A DNA stretch of 32,000 bases, taken from assembly GCF_002214165.1 (NCBI RefSeq), contig NZ_CP019964.1, forward strand, positions 150,001-182,000, read 5' to 3'. Positions within the stretch are counted from its first letter, which is position 1. Each line of letters opens with the position of its first letter. The stretch comes from Candidatus Saccharimonadota bacterium (GTDB lineage: Archaea > Micrarchaeota > Micrarchaeia > Micrarchaeales > Micrarchaeaceae). A program made the position numbers and the translations under genes. Shown here piece by piece: positions 6,516-14,056 of this stretch. Below the pieces are notes generated by a model that saw only the letters and a program-made list of their open reading frames with translations, had not been told where the DNA came from and searched no databases.

Positions 6516-9197
6516 TCAACCATGCAACGAATATTTCTTGTAAGGCGGAAGCCCCTGTTCATAAAGCTGTTCTATCTCTGTACCATTCAAGGTCGAATTG
6601 TATATCTGTATATCGGAGATAGTTCCTGTGAAGTTCTCCGGTGTGTTAGGAGGTCTTGTACCTGGTATAGAGGTTGTCAGATAATCTTCTACTCCTGATG
6701 AACTGTATTCTCCAATGGAGCTTCCAACTTCACCTCCGTCTATATAAAAGGTTCCAACCCCTGGCGAACCGCTATTATAAGTCAAAGCCGCAAAATAAGT
6801 TGTATTAAATGAACCTTCAAAAGGTATACTTCCAGTATTGTAAACCCAACCAAATATATATCCTGTCCTATTCATGCTTACGAATGGCATGTTCCAGCCA
6901 TTAGGTGCACTTATCCCTACAATAGGCCCTCCGTTATGAGGGCTGTTGAACCACGCAACTACTGTAAAATTATGATTGGTGCCAAGCCAATAACCTATTG
7001 TGGAATTTATCTTAGCGCTATTTGCACCCGAACTTCCATTTAAGAAAAGGTAAGGTCTTGAATTGATATGCTTGCTAAACACGGCACTTGTGAATCTCAC
7101 ATTGGAAAATGAGTCTATAACTGTTGTATTATACCCATAATCTTCTGTAGTGTTGTCCAATGTGAACCATGCAATTAAGTTGGATCCCCCTAAAGGCGCA
7201 GAAGCCATCCCATTTTTATACAATTCTGCCACCTGGTAACTTTTGAGCTCATCAGCATACAGTTGTAAATTTGCTATAGAGCCATTGAAGCCATCAGGGT
7301 AAAAGCTGCTATTGTAACCTATGTAATATGGAGAATATTGGGTAATTGGCAGGAAAGCCGCGGTGCTGCTGTTTATTAATAGGTCATTTTCAAACAATCT
7401 TTCAGAACCTGTATTGAAATTGTACTCAGCGGTTACAAAAGTCCATTTGTCTTTAGGGATGCTGATGGTTTTATTAGAAAATACTGGATAATTACCTATC
7501 TCCAAGCTCAAATCTCCTGTCTTATTTATGTAAAGTGAAAATCCAGAGTTGGCTGTCCTATTTATATCATTTATTATAGTTTCTGGCTGCGTTGAAGGAC
7601 CTCTGTAATAAACCCACGCGCTGACTGTGAAAGAGTTATTTCTTGCGATATCAAGCAGGACATCAGAGGGAGGAACCTCTACATATGTCGGTGAAGAGGG
7701 AGTGAAATTAGCAACGTAAATCTTTGCGTAATCAGATTCATTTTCCCAAGTGTAATTGCCGGATATCTGGCCGACATTTCCTATCCCGCTCAAATCAAAT
7801 ATTGTATTACTGTATCCCGAATCCAAAGGATACCATCCAACCAAGTTGTCTTCAGAGAACAGATTGCCGTTGAATGCATTTACCGTTACGTTGTCGGTGC
7901 CGTTTGTCCATACCACATCAGTGACGTTGCTTATCAAGTTTGAGGTTAGGTAATTCGTGAATTTAAGAGGGGAGCCTAAAGTTCCCGTGCCTGTGACCAA
8001 TCCAAGGTCAACGCCATTTAGCTGATTGTTTAATATATTAGATGCATTCATAGACAATATGAAGCTATTGCTGAACGTCAGCCCTTTTGAAGTAATTTGA
8101 GGGGTTGAAGTATAATTGCCCAGATAATTATTTATATTGCCATTCAGGGTCCACCATCCAACCAAGTTATTGAAATCTGATGGCGCCCCGTTCATCCCAG
8201 AAGAATAAATATACTTTACGTAGCTTGAATTTACTGCTTCGTTATAAATTTGTAGGTTTGCCATTGAGCCTTGGAAATAAGCACCATCAGTAGGGAAATA
8301 ACCAATATATATTGGACCAGATAAGCGTGGTATTGGAGTATTAGTTGTGTTGTCGATAAGAACTCCATTTACATAAAGATGCATCGCCCCGCTTGTATAG
8401 TTATATGTGCCGACTACGTTCTGCCATTTGAAATATGAAATATCTGCATACGTTGAGCTTCCTCCACCTCCATCATTGCTGAACTGGAGCTTGGGATTAG
8501 TAGTAGTGCCTTGCTCTATCATATATGGAGCGCCAGTTCCAGAATTAGCCTGTCCCAAAAACCCTCCGTTATTAGGATCCCAAGAAATGGGGTTTACCCA
8601 TATGCTCCAGGTAAAGCTGTTTGATTCCAGCTCACTGGTATTTGGTATATTTATGTCTGCATTCCCATCGAAATTAGCAACCTTTCCATATCCTTGCACT
8701 GATGTCATAAGATGCTCTGCCAGGTAGTCATATCCTGCGGTATAAGAGTTTATTATTATATGGCCATTGTTGTTGTAAAATTCCATTGTTCCAGCAGATG
8801 GAACACGATAAAAGTCATACCCTACAGGAGTACCAGAGATTTGCATATTTCTTGCAGCGCTATAAGACAATGCTGTTATATTCTCATTCCCTACCTTCAT
8901 AGTGGCTATTACTTCGCCTCCGCTACTCAACGATAAATTATAGTTGTCGAATGTGCCTGTACTAGGAAGGGTAATAGATGACAAATATCCATTTCCAGAC
9001 TCTAAGGCAATATCTATGTGCTCGGCTACGGTTTGTGTTATAAGTTGGAGTTCAGAATATTCCTGCTCCTGCAAGGAGTAAGCCCTTTCGTTAGCAACAA
9101 GTGCAAATATGACTAAAAATATTAGGAGGACTATAGAATAAACTATTACAAACTCTATAGCTATCTGGGATTTGCTCTTGCCACATTTGCTATTCAA
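6516..9197 (-). CDS. Giant pilin-like (class III signal, DUF361-type QxxxEF) surface protein with three complete LamG modules
   Basis: 893-aa ORF. N-terminus is KSKS|QIAIEFVIVYSIVLLIFLVIFALV, with Glu at +5. LamG signatures: FTWSIWVNP...LYVNGVLIDN...SMANLQIYNEAVNSSYVKYIYSSG; FTVSAWVYY...SIANLQLYADELKSYQVAELYKNG; FTVVAWFNSP...TISDIQIYNSTLNGTEIEQLYEQG. There is no ATG before about residue 100, so the TTG at 9197 is the only start that keeps the signal. Confidence 0.75.
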   Translation of the reverse strand: MNSKCGKSKSQIAIEFVIVYSIVLLIFLVIFALVANERAYSLQEQEYSELQLITQTVAEHIDIALESGNGYLSSITLPSTGTFDNYNLSLSSGGEVIATMKVGNENITALSYSAARNMQISGTPVGYDFYRVPSAGTMEFYNNNGHIIINSYTAGYDYLAEHLMTSVQGYGKVANFDGNADINIPNTSELESNSFTWSIWVNPISWDPNNGGFLGQANSGTGAPYMIEQGTTTNPKLQFSNDGGGGSSTYADISYFKWQNVVGTYNYTSGAMHLYVNGVLIDNTTNTPIPRLSGPIYIGYFPTDGAYFQGSMANLQIYNEAVNSSYVKYIYSSGMNGAPSDFNNLVGWWTLNGNINNYLGNYTSTPQITSKGLTFSNSFILSMNASNILNNQLNGVDLGLVTGTGTLGSPLKFTNYLTSNLISNVTDVVWTNGTDNVTVNAFNGNLFSEDNLVGWYPLDSGYSNTIFDLSGIGNVGQISGNYTWENESDYAKIYVANFTPSSPTYVEVPPSDVLLDIARNNSFTVSAWVYYRGPSTQPETIINDINRTANSGFSLYINKTGDLSLEIGNYPVFSNKTISIPKDKWTFVTAEYNFNTGSERLFENDLLINSSTAAFLPITQYSPYYIGYNSSFYPDGFNGSIANLQLYADELKSYQVAELYKNGMASAPLGGSNLIAWFTLDNTTEDYGYNTTVIDSFSNVRFTSAVFSKHINSRPYLFLNGSSGANSAKINSTIGYWLGTNHNFTVVAWFNSPHNGGPIVGISAPNGWNMPFVSMNRTGYIFGWVYNTGSIPFEGSFNTTYFAALTYNSGSPGVGTFYIDGGEVGSSIGEYSSSGVEDYLTTSIPGTRPPNTPENFTGTISDIQIYNSTLNGTEIEQLYEQGLPPYKKYSLHG

Positions 9198-9278
9198 TTA
9201 TATCAGTAATAATATACCCTATAAAATAATAAATATTACATTTAAAAGAAAAGAATTAAAGAAAACAATCCTAAAAAC

Positions 9279-9737
9279 TCACTCTATCTTTATCGAATTC
9301 TCCTTAGCTCTGTCAGACTTATCCACATTTATTGTCAGTGTGCCATTTTCATACTTTGCCTTTGCCGTTTCGGATTTTACCTCTTCTGGAAGTGAAATTT
9401 CCCTGTAATAGCCTATTGAAGCCCTTTCCTTGGAGTAATAATTCTTTTTTTCAATCTCTTTATTCTCACTTTTTTCTGCTTTGACTATTATGCGGTCACT
9501 TTTTACCTTGAGGTCCAAATTTTTCTTATCTACTCCAGGCATGTCCAATTTTATCTGCAACGAGTCTCCCTTGTCTATTATATCTGCATCTGGTATATTG
9601 AATCCATTTTCAGCTATATCAAAGTACCTTTCTGGATGCAGTGACCAAAGTGCGGAGCGCATAAACCTGTCCATTCCAGAAAATACATCAAATGGGTCAT
9701 ACAGCTTAACCCTGTTCTCTTCTTTTTTGTTTTCCAT
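9279..9737 (-). CDS. hsp20: Small heat-shock protein, Hsp20/alpha-crystallin family
   Basis: Alpha-crystallin domain: DIIDKGDSLQIKLDMPGVDKKNLDLKVKSDRIIVKAEKSE...YYREISLPEEVKSETAKAKYENGTLTINVDK. The track starts at GTG 9746. ATG 9737 is preferred because GGGTGA (9743-9748, minus strand) lies 5 nt upstream of it. Confidence 0.9.
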   Translation of the reverse strand: MENKKEENRVKLYDPFDVFSGMDRFMRSALWSLHPERYFDIAENGFNIPDADIIDKGDSLQIKLDMPGVDKKNLDLKVKSDRIIVKAEKSENKEIEKKNYYSKERASIGYYREISLPEEVKSETAKAKYENGTLTINVDKSDRAKENSIKIE

Positions 9738-9753
9738 TTTATTCACCCGTTTT

Positions 9754-9778
9754 AAATGTCAACTTTTATTTGACATTT
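9754..9778. promoter_or_regulatory. Perfect inverted repeat AAATGTCAA-N7-TTGACATTT, candidate operator
   Basis: Read directly: arms at 9754-9762 and 9770-9778 are exact reverse complements. The repeat lies between the hsp20 start (9737) and its predicted TATA box (about 9791-9801), in the intergenic region shared with the divergent wHTH regulator gene. Confidence 0.5.
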
Positions 9779-9790
9779 TCAACAATTAAT

Positions 9791-9801
9791 TATTATATAT
9801 A
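9791..9801 (-). promoter_or_regulatory. Candidate TATA box for hsp20
   Basis: The minus strand reads CTATATATAATA. A start about 25 nt downstream would fall near 9770, inside the palindrome. Confidence 0.3.
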
Positions 9802-9807
9802 GAAAGT

Positions 9808-9817
9808 TATTTAAATA
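9808..9817 (+). promoter_or_regulatory. Candidate TATA box for the regulator-grpE-dnaK-dnaJ transcript
   Basis: TATTTAAATA is centred about 27 nt upstream of the ATG at 9840. That ATG has no Shine-Dalgarno sequence, which fits a leaderless mRNA. Confidence 0.35.
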
Positions 9818-9839
9818 TTTTGGTGCATTAATATAAGCG

Positions 9840-10277
9840 ATGAAGTTTATAATAATAAAGTCAGTTGACAAGCCCTATTCGGATGATCCTGACTCTTTCA
9901 TAAGTTGGTTCTGCAAGTCATTTGGACTGGAAAGTGAAATAGAGAACAGCGACAGCATAGAGAAGGATTTGTTAAAGCAGTTTATAAATGCGGCATTGGC
10001 AGGTAAGGGCATATCAAGCAGTGACTTGACTGAAAATTTCAAAATAGCCAGGACTACTATAATATATCATCTTAATAGGCTTATAGAAGCAGGATGGATA
10101 GTAAAAAGAGGAAGAATGTACTATCTAAGAGGGAAAGAATTGAGCGATGTGATAGAGGAGATTGAATACGATATAAATCGCGAAATGATGAAAATGCTTG
10201 ACATAGCTAAACAATTTGATAGATTATCTAAGAGCAGATCAGAAAATAAAAAGTTTAAAAAAGTAAAAATCGAGTGA
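9840..10277 (+). CDS. Winged helix-turn-helix transcriptional regulator, candidate heat-shock regulator
   Basis: 145-aa ORF. HTH-like segment ISSSDLTENFKIARTTIIYHLNRLIEAGWIVKRGRMYYLRG, followed by a charged, probably coiled-coil tail. Its stop codon abuts the grpE region and it is divergent from hsp20. Confidence 0.65.
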   Translation: MKFIIIKSVDKPYSDDPDSFISWFCKSFGLESEIENSDSIEKDLLKQFINAALAGKGISSSDLTENFKIARTTIIYHLNRLIEAGWIVKRGRMYYLRGKELSDVIEEIEYDINREMMKMLDIAKQFDRLSKSRSENKKFKKVKIE

Positions 10278-10289
10278 GTGGTGTTAAGG

Positions 10290-10985
10290 ATGGATGACAA
10301 GAAGGATTCTAAAAAAGAGAAAGTCAATTCAGCGGATAATGGGATTCAAGGGTCAAATGCCAAAGAAGATAAAGATGTTAAAGAGTCTAGAAACGAAGAA
10401 AATAAGTCAGAAGAAACTTCTGAAGGTAACAAAGGAGACAACCACTTAGTGGAAGTGGAAGAGGACTTAAAGGCAAGAACGGAAGAGGTTAAGGAATATA
10501 AGGAAAGGATGTTGCGCATGGCCGCGGAATTTGACAATTACAAGAGGAGAGTACAAGTTGATTTAAATAATGCAAACAGTTTGGGGAAGTTAGATGTGGT
10601 CAAGAAATTGCTTCCCGTAATTGATGAATTTGAATTGGCACTAAAAGCCGTTGAAAAATCCAATGACAAGGAAGTAAAAGAAGGTATAGAGATGCTGTAT
10701 AAAAATATCATGAATATACTTAAAAAGGAAGGGCTGGAGGAGATTCAATCAACAGGCAAGTACGACCCCTATCTCCATGATATTGCAGTGGTTAAAGAGA
10801 GCAACGATCCGGATGGCCACATTCTTCAAGTCATAAGCAAAGGATATAAATTCAATGGCAATGTGATAAGGCCAGCATCGGTAATAATATCAAAAAAAGA
10901 GAATGATAAAGGGCAAGGAGAGAAGAAAGAGAACAAAGACAGTAAAGGAAGCCCTTCTGATAATGAAGAGCACAATATGGAATGA
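10290..10985 (+). CDS. grpE: Nucleotide exchange factor GrpE
   Basis: GrpE signature KEYKERMLRMAAEFDNYKRRVQVD plus the C-terminal beta domain (HDIAVVKESNDPDGHILQVISKGYKFNGNVIRPASVIISK). The track starts at GTG 10278. ATG 10290 has GGTG 6 nt upstream. N- and C-terminal K/E/D-rich tails. Confidence 0.9.
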   Translation: MDDKKDSKKEKVNSADNGIQGSNAKEDKDVKESRNEENKSEETSEGNKGDNHLVEVEEDLKARTEEVKEYKERMLRMAAEFDNYKRRVQVDLNNANSLGKLDVVKKLLPVIDEFELALKAVEKSNDKEVKEGIEMLYKNIMNILKKEGLEEIQSTGKYDPYLHDIAVVKESNDPDGHILQVISKGYKFNGNVIRPASVIISKKENDKGQGEKKENKDSKGSPSDNEEHNME

Positions 10986-11018
10986 AATTTATTATACTTA
11001 ATTATAAACGGTGAAACT

Positions 11019-12875
11019 ATGAGCGAAAAAATAATAGGAATAGATTTAGGAACTTCAAATTCTGCTGCAGCTGTTTTAGAAGGTGGTAGACCTACCATAA
11101 TACCAAGCAGCGAAGGTGCGTCCCTATACGGAAAGGCTTTCCCAAGCTATGTTGCGTTTACAAAAGACAACCAAATTTTAGTTGGAGAGCCTGCAAAAAG
11201 GCAAGCGGTTGCAAACCCTGAAGGTACAATAAGCGGGTTTAAAAGGAAAATGGGAACCGACTTCATTTACCATATTAACAACAAGGACTATAAGCCACAG
11301 GAGCTTTCTGCAATGATACTGCAGAAAATAAAAAGGGACGCAGAAGCCTTTTTAGGCGAACCAGTAAAAAAGGCCGTCATAACAGTTCCTGCATATTTCA
11401 ATGATAACCAAAGGCAGGCAACGAAGGATGCAGGGGCAATTGCAGGGTTGGATGTAGTCAGATTGGTCAATGAACCTACTGCTGCATGCTTGGCCTATGG
11501 CTTGGACAAGAATGACAAAGAGATGAAAATCCTTGTATATGATCTTGGAGGAGGAACCTTGGATGTAACAATAATGGAATTTGGAAAAGGTGTATTTGAG
11601 GTAAAATCAACCAGTGGAGATACGCAGTTGGGCGGAACAGATATGGACAAGGCGATAGTGGATTTCCTAGTAAGTGAAATCAATAAGCAGTATGGAATTG
11701 ATGTATCAAAGGACATTCAGGCAATCCAAAGGTTAAAAGAAGCAGCAGAGAAAGCGAAAATTGAGCTTTCAACAGTGCTTACAACCGATATAAGCTTGCC
11801 TTTCCTATCCCAAAAGGCGGGGCAGCCCATAAACTTCTCATATAAATTAGATAGGGCAAAGCTTGAGAGCTTGGTGTTGCCAATAATAGAAAGATCCGCA
11901 AAACCGGTAAGGCAGGCGCTTGAGGATTCAAAGATAGAGCCAGAGCAGCTAGACAAGATAATACTTATAGGAGGGCCAACAAGGATGCCAATAACCCAGA
12001 GGTATGTAGAGCAGCTGATTGGCAAAAAGATAGAGAGAGGCGTAGATCCCATGGAAGCTGTTGCACTAGGTGCAGCAATACAGGGAGGAGTCCTTACAGG
12101 AGAAGTCAAAGACATACTGCTATTGGATGTTACACCTCTAACGCTTAGCATAGAGACATTAGGAGGAGTAGCAACACCAATAATAAAGAGGAATACGACA
12201 ATACCAATAAAGGACTCACAAGTATTCACAACTGCGGATGATTTCCAGACCAGTGTAGATATACACGTGTGCCAGGGAGAGCGCCCTCTGTTCAAGGACA
12301 ACATAGATTTGGGAAGGTTCACCTTAACAGGCTTGCCTCCAGCAAAACGCGGTGTCCCTCAAATAGAAGTAACTTTTGATATAGACTCTAACGGTATACT
12401 CCATGTAACTGCAAAGGACAAAGCATCAGGAAAGAGCCAGTCGATAGATATAGTCGCTCCGAACAAGATGAATAAGGATGACATAGAAAAGAAGATAAAA
12501 GAAGCACAGGAGAACGAAGAGAAAGACAAAAAAATAAGGGAGCAGATAGAAATAAAGAACAACGCGGAATCAATGATCTATACAACAGAGCATACGGTTG
12601 AGGATTTGAAGGACAAGCTGTCAGAGGATGACAAGAAGAAGCTTGAGGACTTAAAGAGCAAGCTTCAAGATTTGGTGAGCAAGGACGATTATGATGCAAT
12701 AAAAGCAGCTACCAATGAACTCCAAACCGCTTTGGCAGACATAAGCAGCCACCTTTACCAGGCAGCCTCCGGAAACAGCCAAGGACCTTCAGGTGGCAAC
12801 CCTGGAGAAGGCGGCAATCCTTCTGATAACTCAAGTGAAGGAACGACTGATGCAAACTTTAAAGCAGGAAGTTGA
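11019..12875 (+). CDS. dnaK: Chaperone DnaK (Hsp70)
   Basis: [34 protein letters not shown] and [13 protein letters not shown] are unambiguous Hsp70 motifs. GGTGA Shine-Dalgarno upstream. Confidence 0.98.
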   Translation: MSEKIIGIDLGTSNSAAAVLEGGRPTIIPSSEGASLYGKAFPSYVAFTKDNQILVGEPAKRQAVANPEGTISGFKRKMGTDFIYHINNKDYKPQELSAMILQKIKRDAEAFLGEPVKKAVITVPAYFNDNQRQATKDAGAIAGLDVVRLVNEPTAACLAYGLDKNDKEMKILVYDLGGGTLDVTIMEFGKGVFEVKSTSGDTQLGGTDMDKAIVDFLVSEINKQYGIDVSKDIQAIQRLKEAAEKAKIELSTVLTTDISLPFLSQKAGQPINFSYKLDRAKLESLVLPIIERSAKPVRQALEDSKIEPEQLDKIILIGGPTRMPITQRYVEQLIGKKIERGVDPMEAVALGAAIQGGVLTGEVKDILLLDVTPLTLSIETLGGVATPIIKRNTTIPIKDSQVFTTADDFQTSVDIHVCQGERPLFKDNIDLGRFTLTGLPPAKRGVPQIEVTFDIDSNGILHVTAKDKASGKSQSIDIVAPNKMNKDDIEKKIKEAQENEEKDKKIREQIEIKNNAESMIYTTEHTVEDLKDKLSEDDKKKLEDLKSKLQDLVSKDDYDAIKAATNELQTALADISSHLYQAASGNSQGPSGGNPGEGGNPSDNSSEGTTDANFKAGS

Positions 12876-12888
12876 TTTAAATATTTGA

Positions 12889-12901
12889 TTTTTATTTTTT
12901 T
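12889..12901 (+). terminator. Oligo-T tract after dnaK (possible archaeal terminator or attenuator)
   Basis: TTTTTATTTTTTT lies 14 nt after the dnaK stop. Archaeal termination typically uses oligo-T. Confidence 0.35.
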
Positions 12902-12939
12902 GTAATACATAAGTAACCCATATAGCAGGTGTAAGAAAG

Positions 12940-14052
12940 ATGACTAAAGACTACTACTCAATTTTAGGTGTCAGCAAAAATGCATCACAGGAAGATATCA
13001 AGAGCGCTTATAGGCAGCTGGCCCTAAAGTACCATCCAGATAGGAATAAGGATCCATCTGCTGAGGAGAAATTCAAGGAGATAAATGAAGCTTATGCCGT
13101 GCTGAGCAATCCAGAGAAGAGAAAGCAATACGATGCATATGGCCCTGAAGGATTTAACAGGCAATACAACCAAGAGGATATATTCAGGAACTTTAATTTT
13201 GAGGACATATTCCGTGATATGGGATTCAATGTAGGGGGAAATTTCTCTGAAAGCGATGATTTCTTCGATACAATATTCGGTGGTGGCAGAGGCGGTAGGC
13301 AAAGGGATGATCAAGGGAAAGACTTGCTTACAAAGGTAAACATATCAATGGAAGAGGCAGTACATGGAACTTCAAAAAGAATAAAGATTACGCATATAAA
13401 GGAATGCGACAAATGCAAAGGAACAGGGGTTGAGCCAGGATACAAGATTAAAAAATGCCCTACATGTGCAGGAACTGGGCAGGTAAGGAATGTACGAAGA
13501 ACACCATTTGGGATGATGCAGACTATAAGCATCTGCCCTACATGCGGGGGAACTGGAAATATACCAGAGAAGAAGTGCACAAAGTGCAACGGTACGGGAA
13601 GGCTTAATGCAAGTGAAACAATAGATGTCGAAGTACCAAGAGGAATCGCCACGGGCAACAGGCTTAGGGTTTCCGGAATGGGAGACTATGGAAAGGACGG
13701 TCAGGGGGACTTATATATAGAGATAAACATACTTCCAGACAAGCGATTTGTAAGGAGGGGAGATGATATCTACATGGAAGCTCATGTACCATTCTATACA
13801 GCTATAACTGGTGGTGTCGAGAAAGCAAAAGGTATAGATGGCGAGGTTGAATTTGAAGTAGAGCCTGGCACGCAGGACAGTGAGCAGGTATTGGTAAAGG
13901 GCAAAGGGATGCCGCATTTCAATAAAGGCGGCTTCGGAGATTTGATAATAAAGATAAAAGTGGATATCCCAAAGAAGCTCACTTCTGAACAGAAGGAGCT
14001 GATAGAGAAGTTCAAGGATCTCGATTCCAATAAAAAATCATGGTTCAAGTAA
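12940..14052 (+). CDS. dnaJ: Co-chaperone DnaJ (type I: J domain, G/F region, four CxxCxGxG zinc motifs)
   Basis: [33 protein letters not shown]. Zinc motifs [24 protein letters not shown] and [13 protein letters not shown] Shine-Dalgarno upstream. Confidence 0.97.
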   Translation: MTKDYYSILGVSKNASQEDIKSAYRQLALKYHPDRNKDPSAEEKFKEINEAYAVLSNPEKRKQYDAYGPEGFNRQYNQEDIFRNFNFEDIFRDMGFNVGGNFSESDDFFDTIFGGGRGGRQRDDQGKDLLTKVNISMEEAVHGTSKRIKITHIKECDKCKGTGVEPGYKIKKCPTCAGTGQVRNVRRTPFGMMQTISICPTCGGTGNIPEKKCTKCNGTGRLNASETIDVEVPRGIATGNRLRVSGMGDYGKDGQGDLYIEINILPDKRFVRRGDDIYMEAHVPFYTAITGGVEKAKGIDGEVEFEVEPGTQDSEQVLVKGKGMPHFNKGGFGDLIIKIKVDIPKKLTSEQKELIEKFKDLDSNKKSWFK

Positions 14053-14056
14053 TCAT

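Noticed and set aside
6512-6562. N-terminal extension (MNRGFRLTRNIRCMVDN) of the 196-aa ORF as drawn in the track
   Set aside because: It would overlap the 3' end of the 893-aa gene by 47 nt and place 17 extra residues before the basic leader. ATG 6511 or 6523 gives a normal class III-type N-terminus.
2567-8936. Plus-strand ORFs inside the LamG-pilin genes (2567-2860, 3540-3785, 7756-7953, 8407-8727, 8712-8936)
   Set aside because: All are nested antisense to long minus-strand ORFs that carry repeated, coherent LamG motifs. They have no independent signals.
11717-12322. 201-aa ORF antisense to dnaK. Other antisense ORFs lie at 11288-11470, 11495-11716, 12359-12562 and 12388-12699.
   Set aside because: These lie entirely within the unambiguous dnaK frame. 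They have odd S/C/P-rich composition, no start context and no motif. They are typical shadow ORFs.
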